Positions 54,052 through 63,803 of a DNA stretch of 64,000 nt are shown one piece after another (within the stretch, counting starts at the first letter, position 1; each line of letters begins with the position of its first letter). The notes beneath the pieces were generated by a model. That model was not told the DNA's origin. It saw only the letters and a program-made list of their open reading frames with translations, and searched no databases. The translations under genes and the position numbers were made by a program. This stretch comes from Candidatus Polarisedimenticolia bacterium (GTDB lineage: Bacteria; Acidobacteriota; Polarisedimenticolia; JACPZX01; DASXTC01): positions 69,558-133,557 of the forward strand of contig JBOGOC010000060.1 of the NCBI GenBank assembly GCA_050747525.1, given 5' to 3'.

Positions 54052-56712
54052 ATGGCGCTCGCGTCCGGCTCACGCCTCGGTCCCTACATCATCCTGTCGC
54101 CCCTTGCCGCGGGCGGGATGGGTGAGGTCTACCGCGCCCGCGACACCAGGCTGGACCGCGAGGTGGCCATCAAGGTCCTTCCCCAGAAGACCGCCTCCGA
54201 CCCGGAGGCGCTCGCGCGCTTCGAACGGGAGGCGAGGGCGGTCGCCGCCCTGTCGCACCCCAACATCCTGGCCATCCATGACTTCGCGGTGGACGGCGGC
54301 GTGGCCTTCTCGGTCACCGAGATGCTGACCGGCCAGACGCTGCGCGAGCGGATGGGCGGGTCGCCCCTTCCGGTGCGCAAGGCGGTCGACTACGCGCTCC
54401 AGATCGCGCGAGGGCTGGCCGCGGCGCACGACCGTGGCGTCATCCACCGGGACCTGAAGCCCGAGAACCTCTTCGTCACCAACGACGGCCAGATCAAGAT
54501 CCTGGACTTCGGCCTGGCCAAGGTGGGCGGATCCGTCGAGAGCGAGGAAACGGCAGCCCCCACGGTCGACGCAGCCACGAAGCCCGGCACCATCATGGGA
54601 ACGATGGGCTACATGTCGCCCGAGCAGGTCCGCGCCCAGGCCGTGGATCACCGCACCGACATCTTCTCGCTGGGGGCCGTCCTGTACGAGATGCTCTCGG
54701 GGAAGCGCGCCTTCCATCGCGACACGGCGGCCGACACGATGAGCGCGATCCTGCGGGAGGACCCCGCCGAAACCGGGTCGTCGCGCGCGATGGTGCCGCC
54801 GGCCCTGGACCGGATCGTCCGGCACTGCCTGGAGAAGAGCCCCGCCGAGCGCTTCCAGTCCTCGCGCGACCTGGCCTTCGATCTGGAGGCCTTCTCCGCG
54901 GGGAGCGGCGCGACCGATTCCGCGGTGGGCCGCCCGCCGGCCGCGGCACGCCGGGCCTCGAGTGCGGTCGTGGGGATGGCCGCCTGCCTTCTCGCGGGGC
55001 TCCTGATCGGCGGGGGCGTGGCCTGGTGGCTCAGGCCCGCGGTGAGCGCCGAGCCTCCGGTGCTGAGGTTCCTGAGCGGCTCGGGGTTCGATCACGAGCC
55101 TTCGTCCTCGCGCGATGGCCGGCTGATCGCCTACGTGTCCACGCGCGACGGCCGCTCCGGCATCTGGCTCAAGCAGCATCCGGGAGGCGACCAGAAAGCC
55201 CTGACCAACGGGCCGCTCGACACCGGGCCGCGCGTGTCTCCGGATGGATCCCAGGTGCTCTTCGTGCGCGATGAGCAGGGGCACACCTCCCTCTTCCGGA
55301 TCCCGGTGCTGGGAGGCGAGCCGCGGAAGGTGGTGGACGGCGCATACGGAGGAGACTGGTCGCCCGACGGCAGACGCGTGGTCTTCCTTCGCACGGTGGA
55401 GGGGGAGGCGATCCTCCGCACGCAGATTGGCATCGGGGACATCAGCGGACAGGAAGTCTCGGTGATCACGCAGGTGGACCACGCCAGCCTGGCCTTTCCG
55501 AGATGGTCGCCGGATGGCTCCACCATTGCCTTCACCAGGGTGGCGGCGGAGAACTCTCCCAACGACGTCCTTCTGGTCAGTGCGGACGGAAAACAGGTCA
55601 GGGCGATGGACCCACCTCCTCCGGCGGGGATCCTCTCCGGGGCGGCCTGGTCGGCGTCGTTGCTCATCTATGCCAAGGCGGAGAGCTTCGCCACGAGCGG
55701 GGCCACGGGTCCGGGACGGCTCATCCTGCAGGACACACGCTCCTCGCGCGCGGAGACGCTTCTGTGGCTTCCGGCGCAGACCGACGTGGTGGACGTCCTG
55801 GGTCCCGGAACGGTGGTCATGGGGATCACGCAGCAGCGCCGGAACCTGCGGGAGATCCGGCTGCCCCCCGCGATCGCGGAAGAGAGGTGGCTGACACACG
55901 ACGTCAGCTCCGATCGCCAGGCCACGGTCTCGCCGGACGGCGAATGGGTGCTGTTCTCGTCGACGCGCAGCGGCAACCTCGATCTGTGGAAGCTGTCCCG
56001 CAGCACGGGGGCCATCCATCGGCTCACGGATGACCCGGCGGATGACTGGGACCCGGCCTTCTCGCCCGATGGCCGGCAGGTGCTATGGAGCTCGAGCCGC
56101 GGCGGCCACTTCGAGATCTGGATGGGAGGGTCCGACGGGACCGGCGCGCGCCAGCTCACCCACGACGGCGTCGATGCGGAGAACCCGACCATGACCCCGG
56201 ACGGGCAATGGGTGGTCTACAACTCCAGCAACCCGAAGAGCTCGGGCATCTGGAAGATGCGCGTGGACGGCCGGGACGCCGTGCGGCTCGTGGCGGGCAC
56301 CTGGTCCACCCCGGATGTCTCTCCGGACGGCCGTCACGTCGCGTTCCGCACGGGTGGCGCGCAGCGTGACGTCCTGGTGGCGCGCGTGTCGGATGGAGGC
56401 CTGGTGGGAGATCCCGTCGAGCTGCCGGGTGACCTCCTCAACGCACGCCCGCGCTGGATGCCGGACGGGAAAACCCTGCTGTTCATCGGGACCGACGACG
56501 CCGGCCGGCGCGGAGTGTTCGCTCAGGACTTCGTCCCCGACGAGGGCCTGCGCGGCACGAGGCGGCCGCTGATCGATCCCGGACTGACCGGTGGCCCCGA
56601 GTCGTTCGGGGTCACCCCCGACGGGACGCGGCTCATCTTCTCGTCCGCCGAGCAGACCGACAGCCTCATGACCGCCGAAGGGCTCCGGAAGGTCGGCCCG
56701 AACATCCGGTAG
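54052..56712 (+). CDS. Eukaryotic-type Ser/Thr protein kinase with TM helix and C-terminal TolB-like (PD40) beta-propeller
   Basis: GxGxxGxV (LAAGGMGEVY), VAIK, HRDLKPEN, DFGLAK, SPE kinase motifs; TM ...AVVGMAACLLAGLLIGGGVAWW; repeated ...SPDG..., WD/PD40-like blades. Confidence 0.8.
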   Translation: MALASGSRLGPYIILSPLAAGGMGEVYRARDTRLDREVAIKVLPQKTASDPEALARFEREARAVAALSHPNILAIHDFAVDGGVAFSVTEMLTGQTLRERMGGSPLPVRKAVDYALQIARGLAAAHDRGVIHRDLKPENLFVTNDGQIKILDFGLAKVGGSVESEETAAPTVDAATKPGTIMGTMGYMSPEQVRAQAVDHRTDIFSLGAVLYEMLSGKRAFHRDTAADTMSAILREDPAETGSSRAMVPPALDRIVRHCLEKSPAERFQSSRDLAFDLEAFSAGSGATDSAVGRPPAAARRASSAVVGMAACLLAGLLIGGGVAWWLRPAVSAEPPVLRFLSGSGFDHEPSSSRDGRLIAYVSTRDGRSGIWLKQHPGGDQKALTNGPLDTGPRVSPDGSQVLFVRDEQGHTSLFRIPVLGGEPRKVVDGAYGGDWSPDGRRVVFLRTVEGEAILRTQIGIGDISGQEVSVITQVDHASLAFPRWSPDGSTIAFTRVAAENSPNDVLLVSADGKQVRAMDPPPPAGILSGAAWSASLLIYAKAESFATSGATGPGRLILQDTRSSRAETLLWLPAQTDVVDVLGPGTVVMGITQQRRNLREIRLPPAIAEERWLTHDVSSDRQATVSPDGEWVLFSSTRSGNLDLWKLSRSTGAIHRLTDDPADDWDPAFSPDGRQVLWSSSRGGHFEIWMGGSDGTGARQLTHDGVDAENPTMTPDGQWVVYNSSNPKSSGIWKMRVDGRDAVRLVAGTWSTPDVSPDGRHVAFRTGGAQRDVLVARVSDGGLVGDPVELPGDLLNARPRWMPDGKTLLFIGTDDAGRRGVFAQDFVPDEGLRGTRRPLIDPGLTGGPESFGVTPDGTRLIFSSAEQTDSLMTAEGLRKVGPNIR

Positions 56713-56722
56713 CGCGGGACAC

Positions 56723-57277
56723 TCAGCCGCGGGCATGCCGCGCGGCGAGCACGGGCATGGCGCCCGCGATCAACCCGGCGGCCATCCCGGCCACACCGAT
56801 GAGACCGTAGATCAGGCACCCGACGGATCCCGCCAGCCCTGCGATCAGGCTGGCCGCCACCAGCGGGATGCCGCGCCCTTCGCCTGGGCGCGGAGCCAGC
56901 AGAGGCAGGGCGATCCCTCCGGCCACCCCCGCCAGGATGCACACGGTGGGGTACAGGGAGCAGCCCGCCGGCGTGCAGGCGTGCGATATGGCCTGCGCCA
57001 CGATGGGCACGAGCATCGGGGCCGCTCCCGCCAGCAGGCCCGGGCGAACGCCGCGCCCCCAGGCCTGACCGCGCCAGAGGCAGAAGGCGACGGCCAGCAC
57101 CAGCGCCGCGGCGCTGGCCACGATCCTTCCAGGCTCCGGGCAGCAGAGGTACGCGGCGCCGGCCGCGGGGAGGAGCCACGCCGCGCGCGCCAGCGACCAG
57201 GATGCGCGCCCCGCCTCGTACGCGCGCAGGGCACGGACGCGCAGGGCCTGGTGTCGCATCGCCTCAACGGCGTTCAT
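56723..57277 (-). CDS. Polytopic membrane protein, probable anti-sigma factor partner of upstream ECF sigma
   Basis: Starts 13 nt inside sigma gene end; 4-5 TM helices. Confidence 0.4.
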   Translation of the reverse strand: MNAVEAMRHQALRVRALRAYEAGRASWSLARAAWLLPAAGAAYLCCPEPGRIVASAAALVLAVAFCLWRGQAWGRGVRPGLLAGAAPMLVPIVAQAISHACTPAGCSLYPTVCILAGVAGGIALPLLAPRPGEGRGIPLVAASLIAGLAGSVGCLIYGLIGVAGMAAGLIAGAMPVLAARHARG

Positions 57278-57806
57278 CGATGGTCCTCCATGCCTCGCGC
57301 AGCCGCGCCAGGGCCCGCTCCACCCGCTTGCGGAACGTGGCCGCGGCCACGGCGGCGCGGTCGCCTCGCGCGTAAAGGCGCAGCGTCTCGGCGTCCTCGG
57401 GCCGAAGCGCCCCAAGCGCCTCACGCAGCATCGATTCCAGATCGGCCAGCATCGCGGCGTCTTCCGGTCCGGGGCCGGGATCGGGCGTCTCTGCCATCCG
57501 GGAGGAGGCCGCCTGTTCGCGGCGCCGCATCCTGCGCTTTCTGAGGGTGCGCACCTCGAACCCGGCGATCCCCAGGGCCCAGGCCAGCGCGCTGCGGGAA
57601 GAATCGAACTCCGAGGCTCTCCGGAGGATGCGCACCAGCGCTTCCTGGGCCGCGTCCTCGGCGTCCTCCGGCCCCAGGTGGCGGCCGGTGAACCTGCGCA
57701 GCAGCGGCCACAGAGACTCGAAGACCGGATGGAAGGCCCCGCGATCCCCGTCGGCGAGCCGCTCCATGAGCCGCTGAAGGCTTTCGTCGGAGATGGGGCG
57801 ATCCAT
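57264..57806 (-). CDS. ECF-type sigma-70 family factor
   Basis: MDRPISDESLQRLMERLADGDRGAFHPVFESLWPLLRRFTGRHLGPEDAEDAAQEALVRILRR (region 2) ... region 4 HTH ...AETLRLYARGD... Confidence 0.65.
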   Translation of the reverse strand: MDRPISDESLQRLMERLADGDRGAFHPVFESLWPLLRRFTGRHLGPEDAEDAAQEALVRILRRASEFDSSRSALAWALGIAGFEVRTLRKRRMRRREQAASSRMAETPDPGPGPEDAAMLADLESMLREALGALRPEDAETLRLYARGDRAAVAAATFRKRVERALARLREAWRTIDERR

Positions 57807-57828
57807 CCGGCCTCTTAGAGAGCAGGAC

Positions 57829-57957
57829 TCACGAACAGCAGGAGGGGCAGCAGCAACAGGCCTCCACCGCCTGTTCCGCCGCCCAGACGGCCCACGCCGT
57901 CCCGGACACCGCGACCACGAACAGTGCCGGTGCGAAACGCTTGAGTGACTGCAGCAT
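57829..57957 (-). CDS. Small (42 aa) signal-peptide-bearing peptide with C-terminal CCCCPSCCS
   Basis: GGAGGT SD 6 nt upstream of ATG; MLQSLKRFAPALFVVAVSGTAWAVWAAEQAVEACCCCPSCCS*; directly upstream of ECF sigma. Below ORF-track threshold. Confidence 0.3.
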   Translation of the reverse strand: MLQSLKRFAPALFVVAVSGTAWAVWAAEQAVEACCCCPSCCS

Positions 57958-58112
57958 CGTCGGACCTCCACGAGCACGCGCCGTCTCAGGCTCATGAGAA
58001 GCCGGGGGGCGGGCTCTGCCGGGATAGGCGCATCAAGCCCGGAGCGTGACACCTATAACGCGCCCCACCAGGCCTTGATTCCTGGAGTATCCTCACCCCG
58101 GAGAGACGCCCC

Positions 58113-58646
58113 ATGGACTTCGTCAGGGTCGCGGCCGCCCTATCAGACTTCCTGCGAAAGGAGCGCTTTCCCTTCGCGGTCGCGGGGGCCTTCGCCCTTC
58201 ATGCCTATGGTGTCTCCCGTGCCACCGCGGATCTGGACTTCGTCACCGATGCCGGCGCGCGCGATCCACTGGTTGCCTTCCTCGTTTCGCTCGGTTATGA
58301 GACGCTTCACGTGAGCCAGGGCTTCTCGAACCACGTGCACCAGGATCCCGCGCTCGGACGCGTGGACATCATCTATGTGGAAGGGGACACATCGCGGCGG
58401 CTGTTCGCCGAAGCGGCGACCGTGCTGCGGCTCGACTCGGGACTCGAGCTGCCGGTCCCAACCCCCGAGCACATCATCGCCATGAAGGTCCACGCCATGA
58501 AGAATGATCCTCGCCGCACATTCCAGGAGATGGCCGACATCCAGCGGCTGCTTCTTCTTCCCGGGATCGACCGGGCCCAGGTCGCCCTGGCCTTCGAGAG
58601 GGCGGGACTCCGCCGGAAATACGATGAGATCCTCGAATCACTCTGA
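58113..58646 (+). CDS. Nucleotidyltransferase-fold protein (MNT/AbiEii-like)
   Basis: ...FPFAVAGAFALHAYGVSRATADLDFVTD... matches minimal NTase G[SG]x(9-13)DxD pattern. Confidence 0.5.
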   Translation: MDFVRVAAALSDFLRKERFPFAVAGAFALHAYGVSRATADLDFVTDAGARDPLVAFLVSLGYETLHVSQGFSNHVHQDPALGRVDIIYVEGDTSRRLFAEAATVLRLDSGLELPVPTPEHIIAMKVHAMKNDPRRTFQEMADIQRLLLLPGIDRAQVALAFERAGLRRKYDEILESL

Positions 58647-58833
58647 GCCGCTGGACTTGGATGACGGCCTGCCGGTGACGGCGCAGGACATCGAGGCACT
58701 GTTCCGCGCCAGGATGCAGAGCACCCCCCTATCCTTCGCTCTCTACATCGCGTTCCTGGCAGGGCTCCCCCCGATGGATCAGGAAAGCCTCCGGTCGAGG
58801 CCGGGACCCGGCGGCGAGCCATTCAGGCTGTGA
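58634..58833 (+). CDS. Small hypothetical protein translationally coupled to the nucleotidyltransferase
   Basis: ATGA overlap with NTase stop; 66 aa MRSSNHSEPLDLDDGLPVTAQDIEALFRARMQSTPLSFALYIAFLAGLPPMDQESL... Confidence 0.3.
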
Positions 58834-58834
58834 C

Positions 58835-59647
58835 TTAGCGCGTCGCCGCCTTCATGTCCGCCACGAGCTTCTGCAGTGTCTCGATCAGGCGGGGGGGATC
58901 TTCCCGATGCTCGCCGATTTTCCCGGCCAGGGCCGATCCGGAGATGGCGCCGGCGGCCCCCATGCGCAGGGCTTCGCGCACGTGGGCCGGGGACGCGATC
59001 CCGAACCCCAGCAGGGGAGGGGCCGACTCGAGCGCGCTCAGGCGACGGATGACCCCGGCCGCGTCGTCGCGAAGGCGGGCGTCGGCGCCGGTCACGCCGG
59101 GGCGGGAGGTGACGTAGACGTAGCCGTGGCTGGCTCGGGCGATCCGCCGCAGCCGCTCGTCGTCCGCGTTGGGAGGCGCGATGAAGACGGGGTCGATCCC
59201 GCGCGCGGCGCAGGCCTGAGCCAGCGGAAGGCATTCGGCCACCGGCAGGTCGGCCACCAGCACCGAGTCGGCTCCCGCATCGGCGGCACGCGCGCAGAAC
59301 GTCTCGTATCCCTGATGGACGACCAGATTGGCGTACACCAGCAAGCCGATGGGGAGATCGGGGGACTCATCCCGGATCGCGGCGAGAATCTTCCAGGCGT
59401 CCGCGGGGCGTGCCCCGGAGGCCAGCGCGCGCCCGCACGCGGCCTGGATCGCCGGGCCGTCGGCCACCGGGTCGGAGAAGGGGAGCCCCAGCTCCAGCGC
59501 GTCGGCCCCCGCGCTCACCAGACAGCGCACGATCGACAGGCTGGTGGCCGGATCGGGATCCCCCAGCACCACGAACGGGACGAACGCCCCCTCCCCGCGC
59601 TCGCGCAGGCGCTGGAACATCGCCTGGTAGCGGTGGGCCCGGGTCAT
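58835..59647 (-). CDS. trpA: Tryptophan synthase alpha chain
   Basis: [68 protein letters not shown]... Confidence 0.85.
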   Translation of the reverse strand: MTRAHRYQAMFQRLRERGEGAFVPFVVLGDPDPATSLSIVRCLVSAGADALELGLPFSDPVADGPAIQAACGRALASGARPADAWKILAAIRDESPDLPIGLLVYANLVVHQGYETFCARAADAGADSVLVADLPVAECLPLAQACAARGIDPVFIAPPNADDERLRRIARASHGYVYVTSRPGVTGADARLRDDAAGVIRRLSALESAPPLLGFGIASPAHVREALRMGAAGAISGSALAGKIGEHREDPPRLIETLQKLVADMKAATR

Positions 59648-60831
59648 GGCGAGGTTCCCCCGGGGCCGCGCTCGCGCGCCACGGTGGCCAGGTCCTTGTC
59701 GCCACGGCCCGACAGGTTCACCAGGATGTCGAAAGGACGCGAGCCGGCGCGCGCCATGCGCAGCGCCGCGGCGAGCGCGTGGGCCGACTCGAGCGCGGGC
59801 AGGATCCCTTCGTGCCGCGCGAGGGCCTCGAACGCGTCGAGCGCCTCGGTGTCGGTGCAGGCCTCGTACTGGACCCGGCCCGTCTCCCGCAAGTGCGCGT
59901 GCTCGGGCCCGACGGCCGGATAGTCGAGGCCGGCGGAGACCGAATGCGACGGGATCACCTGGCCGTCGTCATCCTGAAGAAGCAGGGTGAGCGCGCCGTG
60001 CAGCACCCCGGTGCGCCCGCGCTCCAGCGTGGCCCCGTGCCGCCGCGTGTCGAGCCCCTCGCCCGCCGCCTCCACGCCGACCAGCCGCACCGTCTTGTCG
60101 TCCAGGAAGTCCGAGAAGATCCCCAGAGCGTTGGAGCCTCCTCCCACGCACGCCACGACCACGTCGGGCAGTCGTCCATTGCGCAGCAGGAACTGCGCGC
60201 GCGCCTCGCGGCCGATCACGCGCTGGAACTCGCGCACCATCAGGGGAAAGGGATGCGGGCCCGCCACGGTCCCCAGCAGGTAGTGCGTCGTCTCGTACGA
60301 TCCGGACCAGTCGCGCATCGCCTCGTTGATGGCGTCCTTGAGGGTGGCCGATCCCGCGCTGACCGGGATCACCTCGGCTCCCATGAGCCGCATGCGCTGC
60401 ACGTTGAGGGCCTGGCGCTCGATGTCTTCGGACCCCATGTAGATGCTCGCGCGCAGGCCGAGCACCGCCGCCGTGAGCGCCACCGCCACCCCGTGCTGGC
60501 CGGCTCCCGTCTCGGCGATGAGCCGCCGCTTGCCCATCCTGCGGGCGAGCAGCCCCTGGGCCAGGGCCTGATTGGTCTTGTGGGCGCCGCCGTGCAGCAG
60601 GTCCTCGCGCTTGAGCCAGAGACGGCAGGCCGTGTCGCTCGCCAGGTTGCGGCAGGCGTACAGCGGCGTGGGCCGCCCAGCGTAGTCACTGAGCAGTTGA
60701 TCGAGCTCGCTGATGAATCCCGTGTCGTCGCGCGCCTCCAGCCACGCGGCCTCCAGCTCCTCGAGCGCGGCGAACAGCACCTCCGGGACGAAGGCGCCGC
60801 CGTACTTTCCGAAGTAGCCGTCCAGCTTCAT
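59644..60831 (-). CDS. trpB: Tryptophan synthase beta chain
   Basis: [17 protein letters not shown]..., ...[15 protein letters not shown] (PLP Lys), ...[10 protein letters not shown]... Confidence 0.9.
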   Translation of the reverse strand: MKLDGYFGKYGGAFVPEVLFAALEELEAAWLEARDDTGFISELDQLLSDYAGRPTPLYACRNLASDTACRLWLKREDLLHGGAHKTNQALAQGLLARRMGKRRLIAETGAGQHGVAVALTAAVLGLRASIYMGSEDIERQALNVQRMRLMGAEVIPVSAGSATLKDAINEAMRDWSGSYETTHYLLGTVAGPHPFPLMVREFQRVIGREARAQFLLRNGRLPDVVVACVGGGSNALGIFSDFLDDKTVRLVGVEAAGEGLDTRRHGATLERGRTGVLHGALTLLLQDDDGQVIPSHSVSAGLDYPAVGPEHAHLRETGRVQYEACTDTEALDAFEALARHEGILPALESAHALAAALRMARAGSRPFDILVNLSGRGDKDLATVARERGPGGTSP

Positions 60832-62204
60832 GCGCGCCCCCTCGTCGTCCCGCGCAGCGCCGAGAAGAAGTCGTCCAGGCGCGCGCGGCTCTTGATCCCG
60901 GGGGAAGCTTCCACCCCGGAGCCGACGTCCAGCATCCCCGCCCCCAGGGCGCCGGCCGCTTCCACGTTGTCCGGCTCCAGCCCTCCGGCCACGATGATTC
61001 GATCCAGATCGGGGTGGCCGTGCAGGAGAGACCAGTCGAAACGCCGGCCGGTCCCTCCGCGGGCGTCCGGATCGTATCCATCCAGCAGCAGGCGATCGGC
61101 CCCCGTTTCGGCGAGCCGGGGGGGACGGCCCTGCACGCGCCATGCCTTCCAGATCTCGCAGCGCGGAGGAAGCAGCGTCCGAAGCCGGGCCACGCAGGCG
61201 GCGTCCTCCTCGCCGTGAAGCTGCACCGCGTCGAGCGACAGCATGCGGGTGTGCCAGGCGATTCGCTCGGGGCTCTCGTTGACGAACACGCCGGCCCACG
61301 ACAGGTCCGCTCCCGAGCGGACCCCGGCCGCCTGCGCCGCGTCCAGCCGGCGGGGGGACTCGGGCGCGAAGACGAGCCCTCCCCACGTGGCGCCGGCCTC
61401 CCTGGCGGCCGCGGCGTCGTGCGCCCGCGTGAGGCCGCACACTTTCACCTCGCCGAAGATCAGGGTGCGCACTCCATGGTCGAGGCGCGGTTGCCGGACC
61501 AGCGACGATCCCACCAGGAAGGCGTCGGCATGCGCGCTCAGGGAGCGCAGGTCCGCCCGCGACGTGATCCCCGATTCTGCCACCACGATCCGGTCGGACG
61601 GAACCAGAGGCGCCAGGGACCGGATCGTCGCCAGGTCCACCTTCAACGTCGCGAGGTCCCGGCTGTTGATCCCGATGAGGGGCGCGTCGAGGGCCAGCGC
61701 CCGGCGCAGCTCGGTCCCGGTGTGCACTTCGGTCAGGATGTCCAGGCCGCAGGCCTTCGCCTCGGCGGCGCACGCCTTCCAGGCCTCGTCGTCCAGCACC
61801 GAGAGCATCAGCAGCACGGCGTCGGCCCCGGCCGCGCGCGACTCGGCGATCTGGCAGGGATCCACCATGAAGTCCTTCCTCAGCAGGGGCAGGGAGACCG
61901 CCTCTCTCACGCGGCGCAGGTCGTCCAGGGAGCCTCCGAAGAACGGGCCGTCCGTGAGCACCGACACGGCGTCGGCGAACGGGGCGTAGGCGCGCGCCAC
62001 CTCCACGGCATCGTACGGCTCGCGCAGCGGTCCGGAGGAAGGAGACCTCCCCTTGCACTCCAGGATGAGGCGGGCCCGCCCGGGCCCGAGCGCGGCGGCG
62101 AAGGAGCGTCTCTCCGGGAACGGGCCCGCCGCACGCGGCCTCCGCTCGCTCTTCGCGCGCGCGACCTCGCGGCGCTTGGCGGCCAGGATCTCGTCAAGCG
62201 CCAT
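60828..62204 (-). CDS. trpCF: Bifunctional indole-3-glycerol-phosphate synthase / phosphoribosylanthranilate isomerase
   Basis: N-terminal IGPS (...[15 protein letters not shown]...) + C-terminal PRAI (...[33 protein letters not shown]...) domains. Confidence 0.8.
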   Translation of the reverse strand: MALDEILAAKRREVARAKSERRPRAAGPFPERRSFAAALGPGRARLILECKGRSPSSGPLREPYDAVEVARAYAPFADAVSVLTDGPFFGGSLDDLRRVREAVSLPLLRKDFMVDPCQIAESRAAGADAVLLMLSVLDDEAWKACAAEAKACGLDILTEVHTGTELRRALALDAPLIGINSRDLATLKVDLATIRSLAPLVPSDRIVVAESGITSRADLRSLSAHADAFLVGSSLVRQPRLDHGVRTLIFGEVKVCGLTRAHDAAAAREAGATWGGLVFAPESPRRLDAAQAAGVRSGADLSWAGVFVNESPERIAWHTRMLSLDAVQLHGEEDAACVARLRTLLPPRCEIWKAWRVQGRPPRLAETGADRLLLDGYDPDARGGTGRRFDWSLLHGHPDLDRIIVAGGLEPDNVEAAGALGAGMLDVGSGVEASPGIKSRARLDDFFSALRGTTRGRA

Positions 62205-63220
62205 GGGAGGCCTCCACGCACCGCTTCAGGCAGAGCGCCGCCCGCCCCGATGCGATCGTCTCGCGCGCCATGCGCGTCCCCTCGCCCAGGTTCGAAGCCA
62301 TCCCCCACACCCAGGCCAGCGCGCCCGCATTGAGGCAGGCGGCGTCGCGGAAAGGGCCGTCTTCGCGCCCCTCGACCACGGCGCGCAGGGCGGCCGCGTT
62401 GTCGGGAGCGTCACCGCCCCGAAGGTCGTCCACGGGGCGGCTAGCCAGCCCCGCCTCCTCGGGGGTGAGAGTCATCTCGGTCATCCGGCCGTTTCTCCAC
62501 GCCACCGCGCGCGTCGGCCCGTGCAGCGCCACTTCGTCCAGGCCGTCGCCGTGCACCACCAGCGCCGCCGTGGCCCCCAGCAGGGCCAGCGCGCCGGCCA
62601 CGGGATGGCAGAGCGACGGATCGGGGACGCCCACCATCTGCACCACCGGGCGGGCCGGATTCACCAGCGGGCCGAGCAGGTTGAAGAGGGTGCGGGTCCC
62701 CAGCTCGCGGCGCACCGGCATGGCGCGCTTCACCGCCTCATGGTAGCTGGGAGCGAACAGGAAGCAGAGCCCCGTCTCGTCGAGACAGCGGCGCGCCACC
62801 TCGGGAGCGGCGTCGATCCGCACACCGAGGTGCTCCAGCACGTCGGCCGAGCCGCACCGCGACGAGGCCGCCCGATTGCCGTGCTTGGCGATCGGGATCC
62901 CCATGGCGGCGGCCACGATGGCCGCGGCCGTGGAGACGTTGAGCGTGCCGGCGCCGTCTCCTCCGGTTCCGCAGGTGTCGGCGAAGCGGTAGTCGGGCCG
63001 GGGGAAGCCGCGCGCTGCGCGCCGCAGAGCGAGCGCGGCGCCCGCGATCTCCTCGGCCGTCTCCCCGCGCGCCTTGAGGGCGCCCAGGACGCTCGACAGC
63101 CCCACGTCGGACCAGCCCCCCGCCAGGAACCGGTCGAAGGCCCTCTCGGCCTCGTCGCGCGTGAGGCTGCGCCGCGCCAGGATGTCCAGCACGCCGGCCA
63201 CGGTGCTCATGGCGCCGCTC
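62194..63220 (-). CDS. trpD: Anthranilate phosphoribosyltransferase
   Basis: ...DTCGTGGDGAGTLNVSTAAAIVAAAMGIPIAKHGNRAASSRCGSADVLE... Confidence 0.85.
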
Positions 63221-63803
63221 CGAGGGCTTCGCGCAGCACGTTGTCGAGCAGGCGCCCGCCGTGCGGCGTGAGGATCGACTCGGGATGGAACTGCACGCCG
63301 AAGAGGGGAAGATCGCGGTGGCGCGCCGCCATCACGATCGACCCGGTCCACGCGATGGGCCGCAGCGGCTCGGGAACGGCGTGCGCCGCGAGCGAGTGAT
63401 AGCGGCCCGCCATGAACGGTGACGGGATCCCGTCGAACAGCGGGTCCCCCTGGTGATCCACGCGCGAGGCGCGCCCATGGAGGATCGTGCCGGCCGACTC
63501 GATGACGCCGCCGAATGCCTCGACCATGGCCTGGTGGCCCAGGCACACCCCCAGCAGGGGAACGCGCCCGGCCGCCATCCGGACCAGCTCGGGGCAGCAC
63601 CCCGCGTCGGCGGGGCGCCCCGGGCCGGGCGACATCACCACCAGGCACGGGCCCGCCGCGGAGCCGGCGCGGTCCAGGACGTGGGCGGCGGACACCGTGT
63701 TGCGCCACACCTCCACCTTGCACCCGCGCCGCGCGAACTCGTCCACCAGGTTGAAGGTGAACGAATCGAAGTTGTCCACCATCACCACGCGCATGGTGGT
63801 CAT
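63207..63803 (-). CDS. trpG: Anthranilate synthase component II (glutamine amidotransferase)
   Basis: MTTMRVVMVDNFDSFTFNLVDEF...LLGVCLGHQAM... Confidence 0.85.
   Translation of the reverse strand: MTTMRVVMVDNFDSFTFNLVDEFARRGCKVEVWRNTVSAAHVLDRAGSAAGPCLVVMSPGPGRPADAGCCPELVRMAAGRVPLLGVCLGHQAMVEAFGGVIESAGTILHGRASRVDHQGDPLFDGIPSPFMAGRYHSLAAHAVPEPLRPIAWTGSIVMAARHRDLPLFGVQFHPESILTPHGGRLLDNVLREALGAAP

Noticed and set aside
54070-56019. 649-aa minus-strand ORF
   Set aside because: Antisense to the Ser/Thr kinase gene with canonical Hanks motifs.
59410-61218. 602-aa plus-strand ORF
   Set aside because: Antisense to trpA/trpB/trpCF.
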